Positions 27,235 to 38,980 of a DNA stretch of 64,000 nt are shown here, one piece after another. Location of the stretch: positions 21,080,001 to 21,144,000 of the forward strand of contig NC_092674.1 in assembly GCF_964355755.1 (NCBI RefSeq), written 5' to 3'. The position numbers and the translations under genes are program-made. The notes under the pieces were generated by a model that was not told the DNA's origin, did no database searches, and saw only the letters and a program-made list of their open reading frames with translations. Position 1 is the stretch's first letter. Every line of letters begins with the position of its first letter. The DNA comes from Antedon mediterranea. Taxonomy: Eukaryota; Animalia; Echinodermata.

Positions 27235-28130
27235 AATTAAACATTTATCACAATCTAATATTTATTACTGCTACTACAATACATTTTTCGTGTAGGCCTA
27301 ATTTTACGTATCTCGAAGCCGAATTGATGAATTGTACGTGCTGCTCACATTTGGCACACTGATGTTTATTGAGGGGACGCACACAATAGGCTACCGTATG
27401 TCACATTCCTGAATTTTAAGGATAAACACTAAAAAAAGGCAAAAAATAACAGTAATTTGACATGTTTCGTGAGTTGTTACGTCACGCAACAGAAATTTAT
27501 AATTCCCAGCAATGTTTTAACTGTATATATGAACTGTTTTATAAGTTGTTTTGTGACTGTGTAATTTGGTAGTAGTCACTCTCATACTGTAGGCCTACAT
27601 TTAAAAGTAACACATCCAAATGCCAACTTCAAGTCAATGGCTACCAGATGTCTCTGTGAGACGGTTATTTGAACCAGTACCAGTACCATCAACTACGCAT
27701 CAACCTGATACCACTTAAAACAGTTTAAATTAGAGAATAAGAGTGACTATAAGGAATGGTATGATAAAGCAAAATCAAAGTCATCCCTAAGTGATTGTGC
27801 ATTATCTATTTTCGAGTTGTGCACTTTTTGTGTTTAAAAGTCCGTACATTTCTGATGCGCACCCAAGATTAATAATATTCACACAGCACAAAGTCCCGTA
27901 TTCAATATTGCGCTTTTATTAATAACTTAATCATCCTATACGAATTATTATTAAGGCAGGCAAGTGGTGCGGAGCACGGGTTACTGCTATCCCACAACAT
28001 TTAATTAAACAAGTTACAGCTAACAAATATCCCACACTCAGATGCATGACTACCGTACTGAAAGTGATTCTTGATAACGTAGTAGAGGTGCAAATAGACC
28101 AACAATTCTAATTTTATATCACAAATGTGT

Positions 28131-28238
28131 TCCCCAGTGGCTCAGCCGGTTAGCGCGCCGTACTTATAAACAGTACATGGCTTCGCCGTTACTGGTTAGG
28201 TAATGCGGAGGTCGAGAGTTCGATCCTCTCCTGGGGAA
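28131..28238 (+). tRNA. tRNA-Ile(UAU) with 34-nt intron, copy 3
   Basis: Same cloverleaf with one D-loop T>C change. Confidence 0.9.
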
Positions 28239-28915
28239 ACTACATTTTTACCAACATATAATAATACATACTACTTATACAATTATGCTAGTGTACCAAT
28301 TTACAAGAATTACCTTATTGTATAAATGTTCTGCCTTTAACTGCACCAAATCCCAGTTTAGCTTCGTTTTGAGCTGAACATATTATTTTATACAACACGC
28401 TAAATCACCACGCATCGACGTTGGCGTGTTGTATAAACAGAAATGAAAAAACACCCAAAATAATACAGTTTAGCATTTTATACTTTCGTTAGTGCTTGCG
28501 CGCATCATCTAATTCACACAGCACAGTTTTCCTTAGCGCCATGAGTGTAAAGTCTGAACAGTCAAAAGTGAACTTAAAAATCTATATCCAGTATTGCTTT
28601 CAATTCTTTAAGTGAAGGGATAGTGCAAAATCAATGGCCGTAATTAGTTCCGAAATATAATTATTCTTACTACAATTTGTTTTTATTTTAATAATTTGTC
28701 AAAGTACTTTTATCAGAGTGCGCTTTTATTATACTTGCCCATGCAAAGTATATAACCACATATAAAGCAGAAAAAGACCGTGCGGAGAACGGGGGTTACT
28801 GATAGTTGTACATTATTTAATTTTAATTAGGGCTTCGATATCAATTAATATCATAGGGTACCACGAACATCACCAATTAGGCATATACTTCAAACAAATA
28901 TACTACATTATTAAG

Positions 28916-28979
28916 GTAGTCGTGGTCGAGTGAGCAAGGCGATATAATATACGAATCTATAGGTTGGAGTCCTCCGACG
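28916..28979 (+). pseudogene. tRNA-Ser relic
   Basis: GTAGTCGTGGTCGAGTGAGCAAGGCGAT matches the tRNA-Ser 5' half; the 3' half is degraded. Confidence 0.6.
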
Positions 28980-29074
28980 AATTAATCTTTTTTTATGCAT
29001 TTAATTTTGGGCTTGGATGCTAATTAAACAGAGTCGTATTTGGAGCCATAGTCCTTTGACATATAGAAATATAA

Positions 29075-29127
29075 TGTTTAACCAGGGAGTTGTTATTATA
29101 ATATAATAACAACTCCCTGGTTTAACA
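29075..29127. repeat. Perfect inverted repeat (21-bp arms, 1-nt spacer)
   Basis: AACCAGGGAGTTGTTATTATA-A-TATAATAACAACTCCCTGGTT; the CAGGG...CCCTG core is flanked by direct GTTTAAC. Confidence 0.9.
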
Positions 29128-29390
29128 ATATGGGCCTTTGCGACTATTCGTTTTGAAAAAAACAACCACGAAAAAAGAAAAATGCCAAACTTAGTTGTTG
29201 AAATATTTTTAAAATCCGATTACGATTAGCAAATGTTCATACATAACTAAAACAGGCGCATAAACCCCAGGAGGAGGTCGTCAACCGGGCTCCTATTGGT
29301 AGACCAATTGACAAACATCCTCATTCGTGCTCAGAGGGCAGCCAAGTTAGCAAACATTTTTGACAAGAAATTATCAAATAGCCAGCTAAC

Positions 29391-32300
29391 ATGGTGTCTA
29401 ACGTCAACCACAAACATTCTACTGAAAAATCAACTTTGGCTGTTGGTGGAGGAATAAGTATTGGTGTTCTGTTAGTTTTGATATTGACAACGGGGACACT
29501 GATTATGAGAACTATTATTTTCCGACAAGAAATCAGTGAGCAGAAACATACACTGGAAACCATCTCAGAGCGTCTGGCTGATCTAGAAAACAACGGGGTA
29601 AAACCCGAAATTGCACAGGTATTATTACGTTATGTTCACATGACAGAGAGTTATCTTAACATATTATTTTTTTGTACTAAGCCGACGTATGGATTTGACC
29701 AATAATCAGCGAATAATAGGCCTACTCTAGTAGTAGGCCTACATACTTTATCTGTATCTTTCCTATTATTTTACCACAAAACTAACTTTACTACTAGTTC
29801 TTAAGATTTTGTTTTGTTTGTTTTTTTTAATATTTTTTATCAAAGTATCGGTCAACAGCCTTGTGAGTTTATAATAACCAGCTTGAAAATCAAGAAAGCC
29901 CAGCGGCATGCCTACTAAAAAAAAACTGCATTTAATGATAAATCCAAATGTAACCGGCCTTTCATGTATCGTCCGATGATGGAACTTCCGTTCGAATGTA
30001 TATTATACCTTTATGTTATATAGGCCTACACGATACAGACTATATATATATTATGTAAAGTGGAAAAAAAACATATTATTAATTAGACAATGTATTGATA
30101 TTGTGACGTCGATGCATCAATGGTGAGAACAATGACGTTTACGAACATTAATTATGACGACAACGCAGCGATTTGGACAATTAAGACATTGCATAACCAC
30201 AAAAACAGTACGAAAATGATGAACAACAGACGACGACCTTTGTGAATATAAATGACGACGAACATGACGAAACCGGATAGGCCTACTGATGAAAACCGTA
30301 ATGACGATTATGACGAAAATAAGGATACGAAAGCAAGACAACGATAACACACAAATTACGATAGGATTAAAATTATTATTAGGCCCAAAGGCATATAACT
30401 TCACAATGTTAATAGTGATTACGTCTATTGTGCCTTGATAATATTTTATTAAATTTCAAATCACAGACATCAGTTGGCCGCAAATTGCTAGCTGTTGATG
30501 GACAACAGTGTACCTGTCCTCCAGGTAAGTTTTAACAGAGTATGTACACATAACAAGTATGGCGTTTTCTTCCTGTTTTGTAATTGTTTTACCTTTTGTA
30601 TTGTTTGTTACATATATTTATATATTTGTAAAACGAGCATTGTATTTCCGAAATCATTAATAAAAGATAATTTGAATTTGAAGTAATTGAACATTGTGTA
30701 TATGTACTGTATATCTTGCTATCCTGCTATCTTGTTTTCAAATCAAAATCATGCAGGCGATGTGTTAATAGTTCGGGGAAAAGTCTCAATGGTCTCGTTG
30801 CAAAATTGATTAACAACTTGACAATTAACATTATATATTTTTTATCATTTTAGGTCCAAAAGGAAATCAAGGTGAAAGAGGTGAACGAGGACGGAGCGGT
30901 AGGACAGGCAAGGCAGGTAAGTTGTAACACCTGCTGTGTCTTTGATTTAATTACCGCTTGATGTTTACGGAAATGGATTAGGTAAAATTGGCTTCTTATG
31001 TGCAGGATTTATCTATTCAGTGGTATACACCATTGCCGATAGCTTATACCTAGTCTATCAAATTAGAAAATCCGGGCTCTAATTTGGTAATCAAAAGTAG
31101 ATGGAAATAGGCTATCAATGCCAAGATTTTCTGAATTTTAAATTAAATAACTTCAGTTAGAAATAAATTCGAAGAAATCAATAAAATATTAATAAATCTG
31201 TTAGAGTAGAACTAGAAGAACCATAATTAGTAGGTTGTAGATATCAAAACGTGTTATTTAAAGCTACAATATCAATATTATTATGACCAAAATAAATTTA
31301 CAGTTTTATTTGAGGAAAGAAAACTTGGAAGCTTCAGCATATTCTCACACTTGTTTTTCTTATTCTAACATAGGAAATGTTGGGACTCCTGGTCCCCCAG
31401 GACTAGATGGCAGTAAGGGGGATAAGGGTTTGAAGGGAGATAAGGGAGACACGGGGCAAAGAGGTGAAGTAGGTAAGGCTGAGCCTATTTTAATATACAT
31501 TTTGATTTCTAACTTTCCGCACAACAAGCAAATTAACCTGCTGCGGTGGTAGTAGGCCTACGGGACGACGTCAAACACATCAATTTTCTCCGAACAAGGA
31601 GCCGTTCTAATGCCATTGCCATCATCATACATAATTAAGATCGTCCCATGAACACAGAATATAGCATATGCCTAAACGATGGAAATGTAGAAGAATAACT
31701 CATACACATCTAAAATATGATAAATATTGTTATTACTATAGGCTTGGAAGGTGCTCACGGAGCAAAAGGTGAACTTGGAGAGAGGGGTCAGCCAGGAAGA
31801 CAGGGCGTCAAGGGTTCACGGGGAATCAAAGGAAACCCTGGTCCACTTGGCCCAAATGGACCACCAGGTCCTAAAGGTAACATTGGAAGAACAGGACCAC
31901 CTGGTCCACAGGGTAAGTCGAATTACAATAGGCCTACTGTTTAATCGTTTAATCATCGACCATAAATATAATTTTCAAATAAACCTCCAACGAATGGTAG
32001 AATTAACTAAAATAGTTTCTTATTATCGGACCATAAAGAGACAAATTTAAATCCAGGATTTACGGGGTAGTTTGATACGAATTTATACCAATATTATTTT
32101 ATTAAAAAAATAATAATAATAATACTTCTACATCGTGGTAAATTTTGATGAGAGTCTACACAATACCAAACAATAGTATCAACGTTATTAAGGAGACAAC
32201 TTCGGAACGCCAAAGTGGCCCTTAATAATGATGTCCTCTGAATAGGGGTTGGACGTGTGTAAAACTCAGATTTCCCCATGGTATATTCCTTAATTGGGGT

Positions 32301-34155
32301 CTCCCAAATGAGAGGTATATACTGTAGGCCTACATTTATGATTATCCATGTGTGTTGTCTTTAGGTATGACAGGAAACTTAACGTTACTTGAGGAAGAGG
32401 GCCGGTTGATATCTGGAGGTACGCTGAGAGCAATACATTTACGCGGGTCTGGGGCAGAAAATAAACTAACGGGAAAAACAAATCTTGGTGAGTAGGCCTA
32501 TAACAAGAATACGTACTATTTTAAAATCCAATATTGTTTGGTAGAGCTCTCCTATAAATATTTAAACAACCACGATAGTGATCACTAGGCCTGATTTTCG
32601 TTTTCTAAGTGTTTTTAGTTTAAAAGGTCATGTCTTTTTCTGAAATGTTGCAGTTTGTTGTGGTACCGACGATTAATATTTTGGCAATACATTACTTTAA
32701 TAAATAAAAACAACTGTTTGTAATAGGTGCATCTGGTTGCATGAAGAAATGGGAAATTGCGACGGATACAGGTGGTTTTAAACTTCAATCTAATGGAAAC
32801 GTTACTGTAATTGAGAAGGGCCAGTACTTCATATATAGTACGGTACGTAATATGTTAATCTTTGGCAGTTTGGTGCATGTCACTTCTAAATGTTAATATG
32901 ATATTCGATATCAGGTCCTTTACCTGGCAGTCACGAGTTACGATCCGCTTGTGTATTTGTGTATTACATTTATTTACAATACGGAACAAGTTCTTTTGCG
33001 TCCCATCCATAGAACGAGGTAATACACGTAATGCAACTTGATTAGAAATGTCACAATGTAATGTATTTACGTCTAAATATCGCTCTCATGTTTGCTTAAT
33101 GGTGAGTAAAAGACGATGGTGGCAAAACGTTCGGGTATCCAACCTAAACAATCTTGATTCCGATCCACTACGTCAACAACCAACCGGTCAAATAAATAGT
33201 GTTGAACTTTCTACCTATTATTACTGTGAAATTGGAAATGCATTATTTGTAATTGACCAATCAATTTCGTTCCACTGACAGATATCTTAACATGAATCAG
33301 CAAAATAACTTGATACTGATAACTTCATAGTCGATTTCCATATTATTTGTCTCTATAATTTAATATAAAAGATACGGTAGGATAAATAAATATGTTTGAT
33401 TGATATGGTTTTTATAATTTTTTTTATTATATATATATTTCAAATTCAATACTACCTACCTTGTTTAAGTAGTACCTTATTAATTTATATTTTGTAATTG
33501 TTTATGAAAGATGAAAGAAAGAAAATAAATGTTTATGTTGAATTGAATTGAAATGTTTACAATTGGTTTTTGGAGTTTTCAGCAGCCCCAAATCGTTATT
33601 ATCGTTCACGCAAAGGACTAGGTTAGCATAAATTAACGATTTCAAATGTAACCGTCAAAGTTGTCCTCAAGAACGTGAAACATAATTTACATAGAAGGTT
33701 AGCTTACACTAGTAATATCAATTTAGTCGATAATATTTATAGCTCTATAGTTACAAGGAAACTTTAAAAAAATTATAAATAATCGAACTAGCCTATACAT
33801 TTTCGAGGTAAGATTTGCTTTGCCTTCAAACTTATGAACTGTAAATCGTTACTTTTTCTTTCTGAAATTAATTGCTTGCAAAAGAAATTTAGTACAAAAT
33901 GTTATTCTTCTTTTTTAGATATTATTCTACGATAAAAAAGCGTTCTTCGCAGCTGACACCAGGATAAATGGAGTTCCTTACATAAGGTGCAGTGGGCAAC
34001 GCGCTTCTGCAGCTCAGAAGTTTGGTTCTTGCACAGCGAATGGAGTTGCTAATCTGGAAGATGGAGATGAAGTCGGAATCAAATCTGTATACCCGTACAG
34101 TTTTGTCGATATTAGGAATGATGCTAGCTATTTCGGGCTGATTAAACTCAACTAA
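29391..34155 (+). CDS. EDA: Ectodysplasin-A-like TNF-family ligand (type II TM, collagen domain, TNF homology domain), ~364 aa
   Basis: Exons 29391-29618, 30467-30524, 30854-30916, 31374-31472, 31742-31912, 32365-32487, 32727-32842 and 33919-34155 (1095 nt, open). N-terminal TM helix, 39 Gly-X-Y triplets, TNF motifs AIHLRG, GQYFIYS, two Cys and [14 protein letters not shown] at ~34176. The symbol denotes the family; orthology was not tested. Confidence 0.9.
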
Positions 34156-34351
34156 ACTCAATGTGTCGTGTCTTTAATAAACATTGCCTGAAAAACACGG
34201 CAAAAATGTGGAATATGCCTCTTTGCCAAGTGCTTGGTATGTGTTGAGTTCTAATTGTTGAAGTACTTTTGATAAATGTTTTCTTTGGTTTATGTTTGTG
34301 ATAAAACAACATTTTGAAGGAATTTTATGTACATATTATTTTACAATTGTC

Positions 34352-35107
34352 TAGTAAACGTTGCCCGAAAACATGGTGATAATTTAGAAAGGTTCTTTGC
34401 TAATTATGCGTTTGGCAGACGTTTAAATATAGTTGTTAAGGTTTAATTTGTAATAAGTTTGTGATGGACAAATGTGATTTGCTATACAAATACTATAATA
34501 CAAGTAGTTTAAGTGCTTCAAGGAACAGTATTTAATATATTGATTATATGCTATAGTAAACTAATAATCTCTAATAATAAACATGTGTACATAACTGTCA
34601 ATAAACCATGATTAGATATCTCAATTTTAGTACTGAATTTTCAAAATACAACTTGAATACTGCTTTATTGCATATACTATTGATAACATAATTCACATTG
34701 TAAACAAAAAGTAAATTTAACTACGAAAATATAATAAACGTAGTAAATAGTAAACGTTGCCCGAAAACATGGTGATAGTTTAGAAAGGTTCTTTGCTAAT
34801 TATGCGTTTGGCAAACGTTTAAATATAGTTGTTAAGGTTTTATTTGTAATACGTTTGTGATGGACAAATGTGATTTGCTATACAATACTATAACACAAGT
34901 AGTTTAAGTGCTTCAAGGAACAGTATTTAATATATTGATTATATGCTATAGTAAACTAATAATCTCTAATAATAAACATGTGTACATAACTGTCAATAAA
35001 CCATGATTAGATATCTCAATTTTAGTACTGAATTTTCAAAATACAACTTGAATACTGCTCTATTGCATATACTATTGATAACATAATTCACATTGTAAAC
35101 AAAAAGT
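34352..35107. repeat. ~360-bp direct duplication (period 396)
   Basis: TAGTAAACGTTGCCCGAAAACATGGTGATA... at 34352 and 34748, near-identical. Confidence 0.95.
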
Positions 35108-35234
35108 TAATAAAATATAATGTTCATTTAAAATATTAAGTCTGTATGTCAAACCATCAGTTCTCAATGTTAGTACTGTTTTTTCAAACACAACTTCATA
35201 GTAAAGTGTTCCCTTTATATGGGTGTTTAAAGGT

Positions 35235-35335
35235 GTATTCTAGGGGTGTTCTAGAGAGTATTCTAGGGGTGTTCTAGAGAGTATTCTAGGGGTGTTCTAG
35301 AGAGTATTCTAGGGGTTTTATAGATTCTAGGGTAC
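35235..35335. repeat. 23-bp minisatellite, about 4 copies
   Basis: GTATTCTAGGGGTGTTCTAGAGA repeated. Confidence 0.9.
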
Positions 35336-35394
35336 TTTAAGGTAGTAAACTTTTTCCAAACATAATTTTGAAGTTGACATCGCTTTATACATAT

Positions 35395-37155
35395 TCAAAA
35401 TGGAGTTCCATCACGTTTACTTGTTTTTTCAACTTTTATGCAGCCTTGGGAATCTTCAACAAGCTCAAGTGATTCTGAAAATGAACTAAACTCATCTACA
35501 TTTAGGGCCAAATTATCATTATCGTTCTGAGACTCTGACATAAAAAACTCTGATTTAGTAGTAAAGTTTTCATTAGGAATTTGACAGTCTTCAAAATATA
35601 TTTCATTTTTTATTTTAAATTCATGTTTCTGATTGGCATCTGATTTCAGGTAATTAGTCTTTGATGTTTTATTTTTATCAGTACTCATTTCTTCTTTTTG
35701 TAAATTGTTGATACTATTTTGTAGACAAGAATCGCGTAACTTTAAAACATGTTCTTCAGAATCTATAGTAAACCTAAGACTCTTAAGAGAAAACTCATCA
35801 ATTGGTAATACTTCAACCATAGAGGGCTCACTTTCAAACATAGAAGGCTCACTCTTTTCAAAATCCAATTTTCCATCTTGTGAAATAATCCCCACATCTG
35901 ATTTTACATCATGTTCGTTGAACTTAATTTCAGAATGTGTGCTTGTACTGCTGTGACCTGTTCCTTCAACTTCCTCTAATGTATGAAGATAAACGTCACA
36001 AGAATTCTGATTGGATGTTTGTCTGCAGAAATCATCACTATAGTCCAAATATGGAGAATATGTGCTATCTTCACATTCAGTGTTATGCGATTGCAATTCA
36101 TTGTTCAATAATGAAATATCATCACTATTAGAATTAGTTCTTGATGTGTAATAATTACTTTTATCTTGTAAATTGTCAGCATTACTGTTGACGACAAGAT
36201 CGCCCTCTACAGTGTCTTTTGTACTTGTATCTTCTATTCTGTTAGTACATGTATTTCCATAAGAAGATTGACCATGAAACCTATTTGTCCATAGTTCATC
36301 AATTGTGGTCACTTGGTCTGTTATCATCTTATAATTGTTGTGGACTGTGATGGCACCTGTAATTTACAATATATTCATCAGAGAGATGCGTTTTCAGTTA
36401 TAGTTTTATACTGAAGTAAAATACTCAATCATACTTAGCTTGGTTTCATCAAATCAACCGAGGAGCTGGTTAGATTGACTAAGTATAAAGAAATCACATT
36501 CGCATACTTGCTACAGTTTCCTTACCAAGCACTGTCTGATGTCAGTAGGACTTACACAAATGTGTGGCTCATTTAAACTTCCCACGTTTGTGCGACTATA
36601 GTTCATTCAATTTTATTAAAAAAACTAATTCTTATTGTTTAAAAAGGAAAAAATGGTGGTACTATGGCAATAATAGACATCCTTTAGCATCATTGGCCTT
36701 TTGTTATGATGCACCACAAGTTTTTGCACTTTCAAAAAATTGTATGAGCATTTACAGAATGACTGTTAGACTCAAGAGCTGTATACAATAGAAAAGGAAA
36801 GGTCACAATTATGCAGAAATAAACACATTCATGTTTATGTATGATACCCAACGTTCCATAATATAAATTTGGGTAAGCTGAATAATATCAATGATGATAA
36901 TAAACTTTAATAAGACAATTGAAGAAATTCATGAAAATGATGATGTAAAATTTATATTTTAATAAAAATTATAAACTTACAATTTTGGTTGCAATTGTTT
37001 TCTTTCCCAGGATTAATATTTTGGAAGAAATCAGAAAGTTTGGTCTGTTTGGTAATATTAGTAACATTTCCAACTGGTTGCATTTTGGTAAGATTGTGCA
37101 TTCTCAGTCGTTGCTGTGACAACCGCTGCAGAGTAGATTCATATTCTTTCAAATC
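35395..37155 (-). CDS. Uncharacterised acidic Ser/Asn-rich protein with PIP box; 3' exons, possibly pseudogenised
   Basis: Open terminal exon 35395-36356 (phase-1 acceptor, ~320 codons) and exon 36981-37155 (DLKEYESTLQRLSQQRL...KQTKLSDFF, phase-1 donor). Exon-like segments at 36556-36778 and ~37785-37980 contain stops. Confidence 0.5.
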
Positions 37156-38770
37156 CTTTATGTACATAAAAAAATAAAATGGTTTAAAGTTAATCTCATA
37201 TCAGTTTAAGCCACAGGTTCAAGAATGTATGAAAGGATGGCCAGACAAGAGAGGTTGCTATAACAATCTTAGGCATCAGATCTATAGTACAGCAGTAACA
37301 AATGGCTATTCCAGGCACTTTCCAGACAAAATTTACAGTCCTCTCTATTTCATATATAATTGTTTTCATCACCGTTATCATATAAACTTTATTTTTATTT
37401 ATTATATTCCATAATAAACACTGCTGATCCTAGTGGTTTCTGATTTTAAATATCAAACTAGGCCTATGTATTATGACCTACCACAAACTATCTATGGGCC
37501 ACGGAAACTATGGGACGCAGCACAAATTTTGGGCGCAAAACAGAAAAAAGAAATCAATCAACGTACAACAAAAGGAGTTGTTAAACATGCGTTACTAGTC
37601 ACAATTCCGATAATATTTATTATATAAAATCCAACAGTGGACTGGCACATCACAGTGTGACATGATGTCATGTGCATTATATTAAAAGGGAAACATTGGG
37701 CTGTGTTGAATTTGCTTGACATTAGCTGATAGATTGCTCTAAAAAAGTGCAATTGCAGGCTCATATTTCCAAAATTTACTTACTCAGCCCCACTATGGTT
37801 GGGGCTGGGGGTAGTGAACTTTCTTCTATTGGCTACATTACATGGGTCACTAAAACAGCAAGGGGCATGGGCCAAAGCTTCTTCCCTTCCAGGAACTGTA
37901 TTTTAGGCTGTGAAAGGTTTGCGGAATGCTTGTGTATTATACCTGTTTTTTATTTCTTGTTGTCAGCCATGTGTTACAGGTTGTTTCCATTTCATCTGCT
38001 TTTCGTTTATTCATAGTAAATTGATCATCCTGTGAAAACATAATATATGTCAAAGGTTAACTCAGTTTTCAATAATATACAGCAATCAGAAAGCCACCTT
38101 TTCATGAAAATGTTTTCAGCAAGCACAAACAAAGATTTTTTTTTTGTCTTGTGTGAGTTCATCTGACGTTTATTTAAATTCTCATTGGTGAATATATTAT
38201 ATACATATAAGTACATTTGTGACAATTAAAAGTAAGTGTTTTATTTTTTCAGTATTAACCATATTTGTTTTCATTTAAAATTTTAGATACGATGTTAATT
38301 AAAATGTAAAAATGAAAAATGGCGGTAAAATACATGATTAAAATTTTCTTGTTAAACTATCTTATTTGTGATTTTATTTGTGTTCGAGTAGAGAGGCTAT
38401 AAACTCAGGGGAGGAAAATATAGTATCCTCCCTTTTCACCAAGATAAAAAGGATGAAATGAAAAAAGAGGAATGCAAAAGTTAGATAGAATGATAGCATG
38501 CAATGATATATTTAATGAAAATTGTAAGGTTAGAGTCCATACACTGTGCAAGTCCAAGATGCGATTTTGGCTCTGTGCGTATGTGAGACGCTTCATACCC
38601 GATGTCACCTTAGTACAACTACTACTTACAATTTGTATTTACGATATAAAATATTGCAAATATAGACAAATAATATTGGACAAATGCAAATACATGCAGA
38701 TAACATTGACATGTATACAATATAAATATTGCAAAATAGATCGATCGAGTTAAAGAACAATACCATGAAA

Positions 38771-38980
38771 GCCCCAGTGGTCTAATGGTTAGGGCAACTG
38801 CATATCAAGCAGACGGTCCGAGTTCGAGTTTCGGTTGGGGCGACATTTTCTCATTCTCACAGATTTCCTCATCTTTATCGTTTAAAAAATTAATTAAATA
38901 ATTTTCAGTGTATCACCGGGCGGTTTGGAATTTATTTCTATGCCTGTTGTGTTTATAGAAAAATATATATATATATATTT
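38771..38980 (+). mobile_element. tRNA-derived SINE (cloverleaf head 38771-38842)
   Basis: A box TGGTCTAATGG, B box GAGTTCGAGT, body ATTCTCAC.GATTTCCTCATCTTTATCG (also present on the minus strand at ~150-195), (AT)n tail. Confidence 0.75.

Larger units (their letters stand above)
25493..28380. repeat. Tandem array of ~1.28-kb tRNA-bearing units (two full units plus a partial third)
   Basis: AAAGTGATTCTTGATAA recurs at ~25493, 26781 and 28061; units 1 and 2 are nearly identical. Confidence 0.95.

Noticed and set aside
25873-27362. Duplicated 67-aa ORFs
   Set aside because: Non-ATG starts overlapping tRNA-Ser relics; identity is explained by the tandem duplication.
30100-30400. GAC/GAT-rich stretch as an extra EDA exon or hammerhead (CTGATGA...CGAAA at ~30286)
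   Set aside because: No clean open frame with splice sites found and no convincing stems; low-complexity intron sequence.
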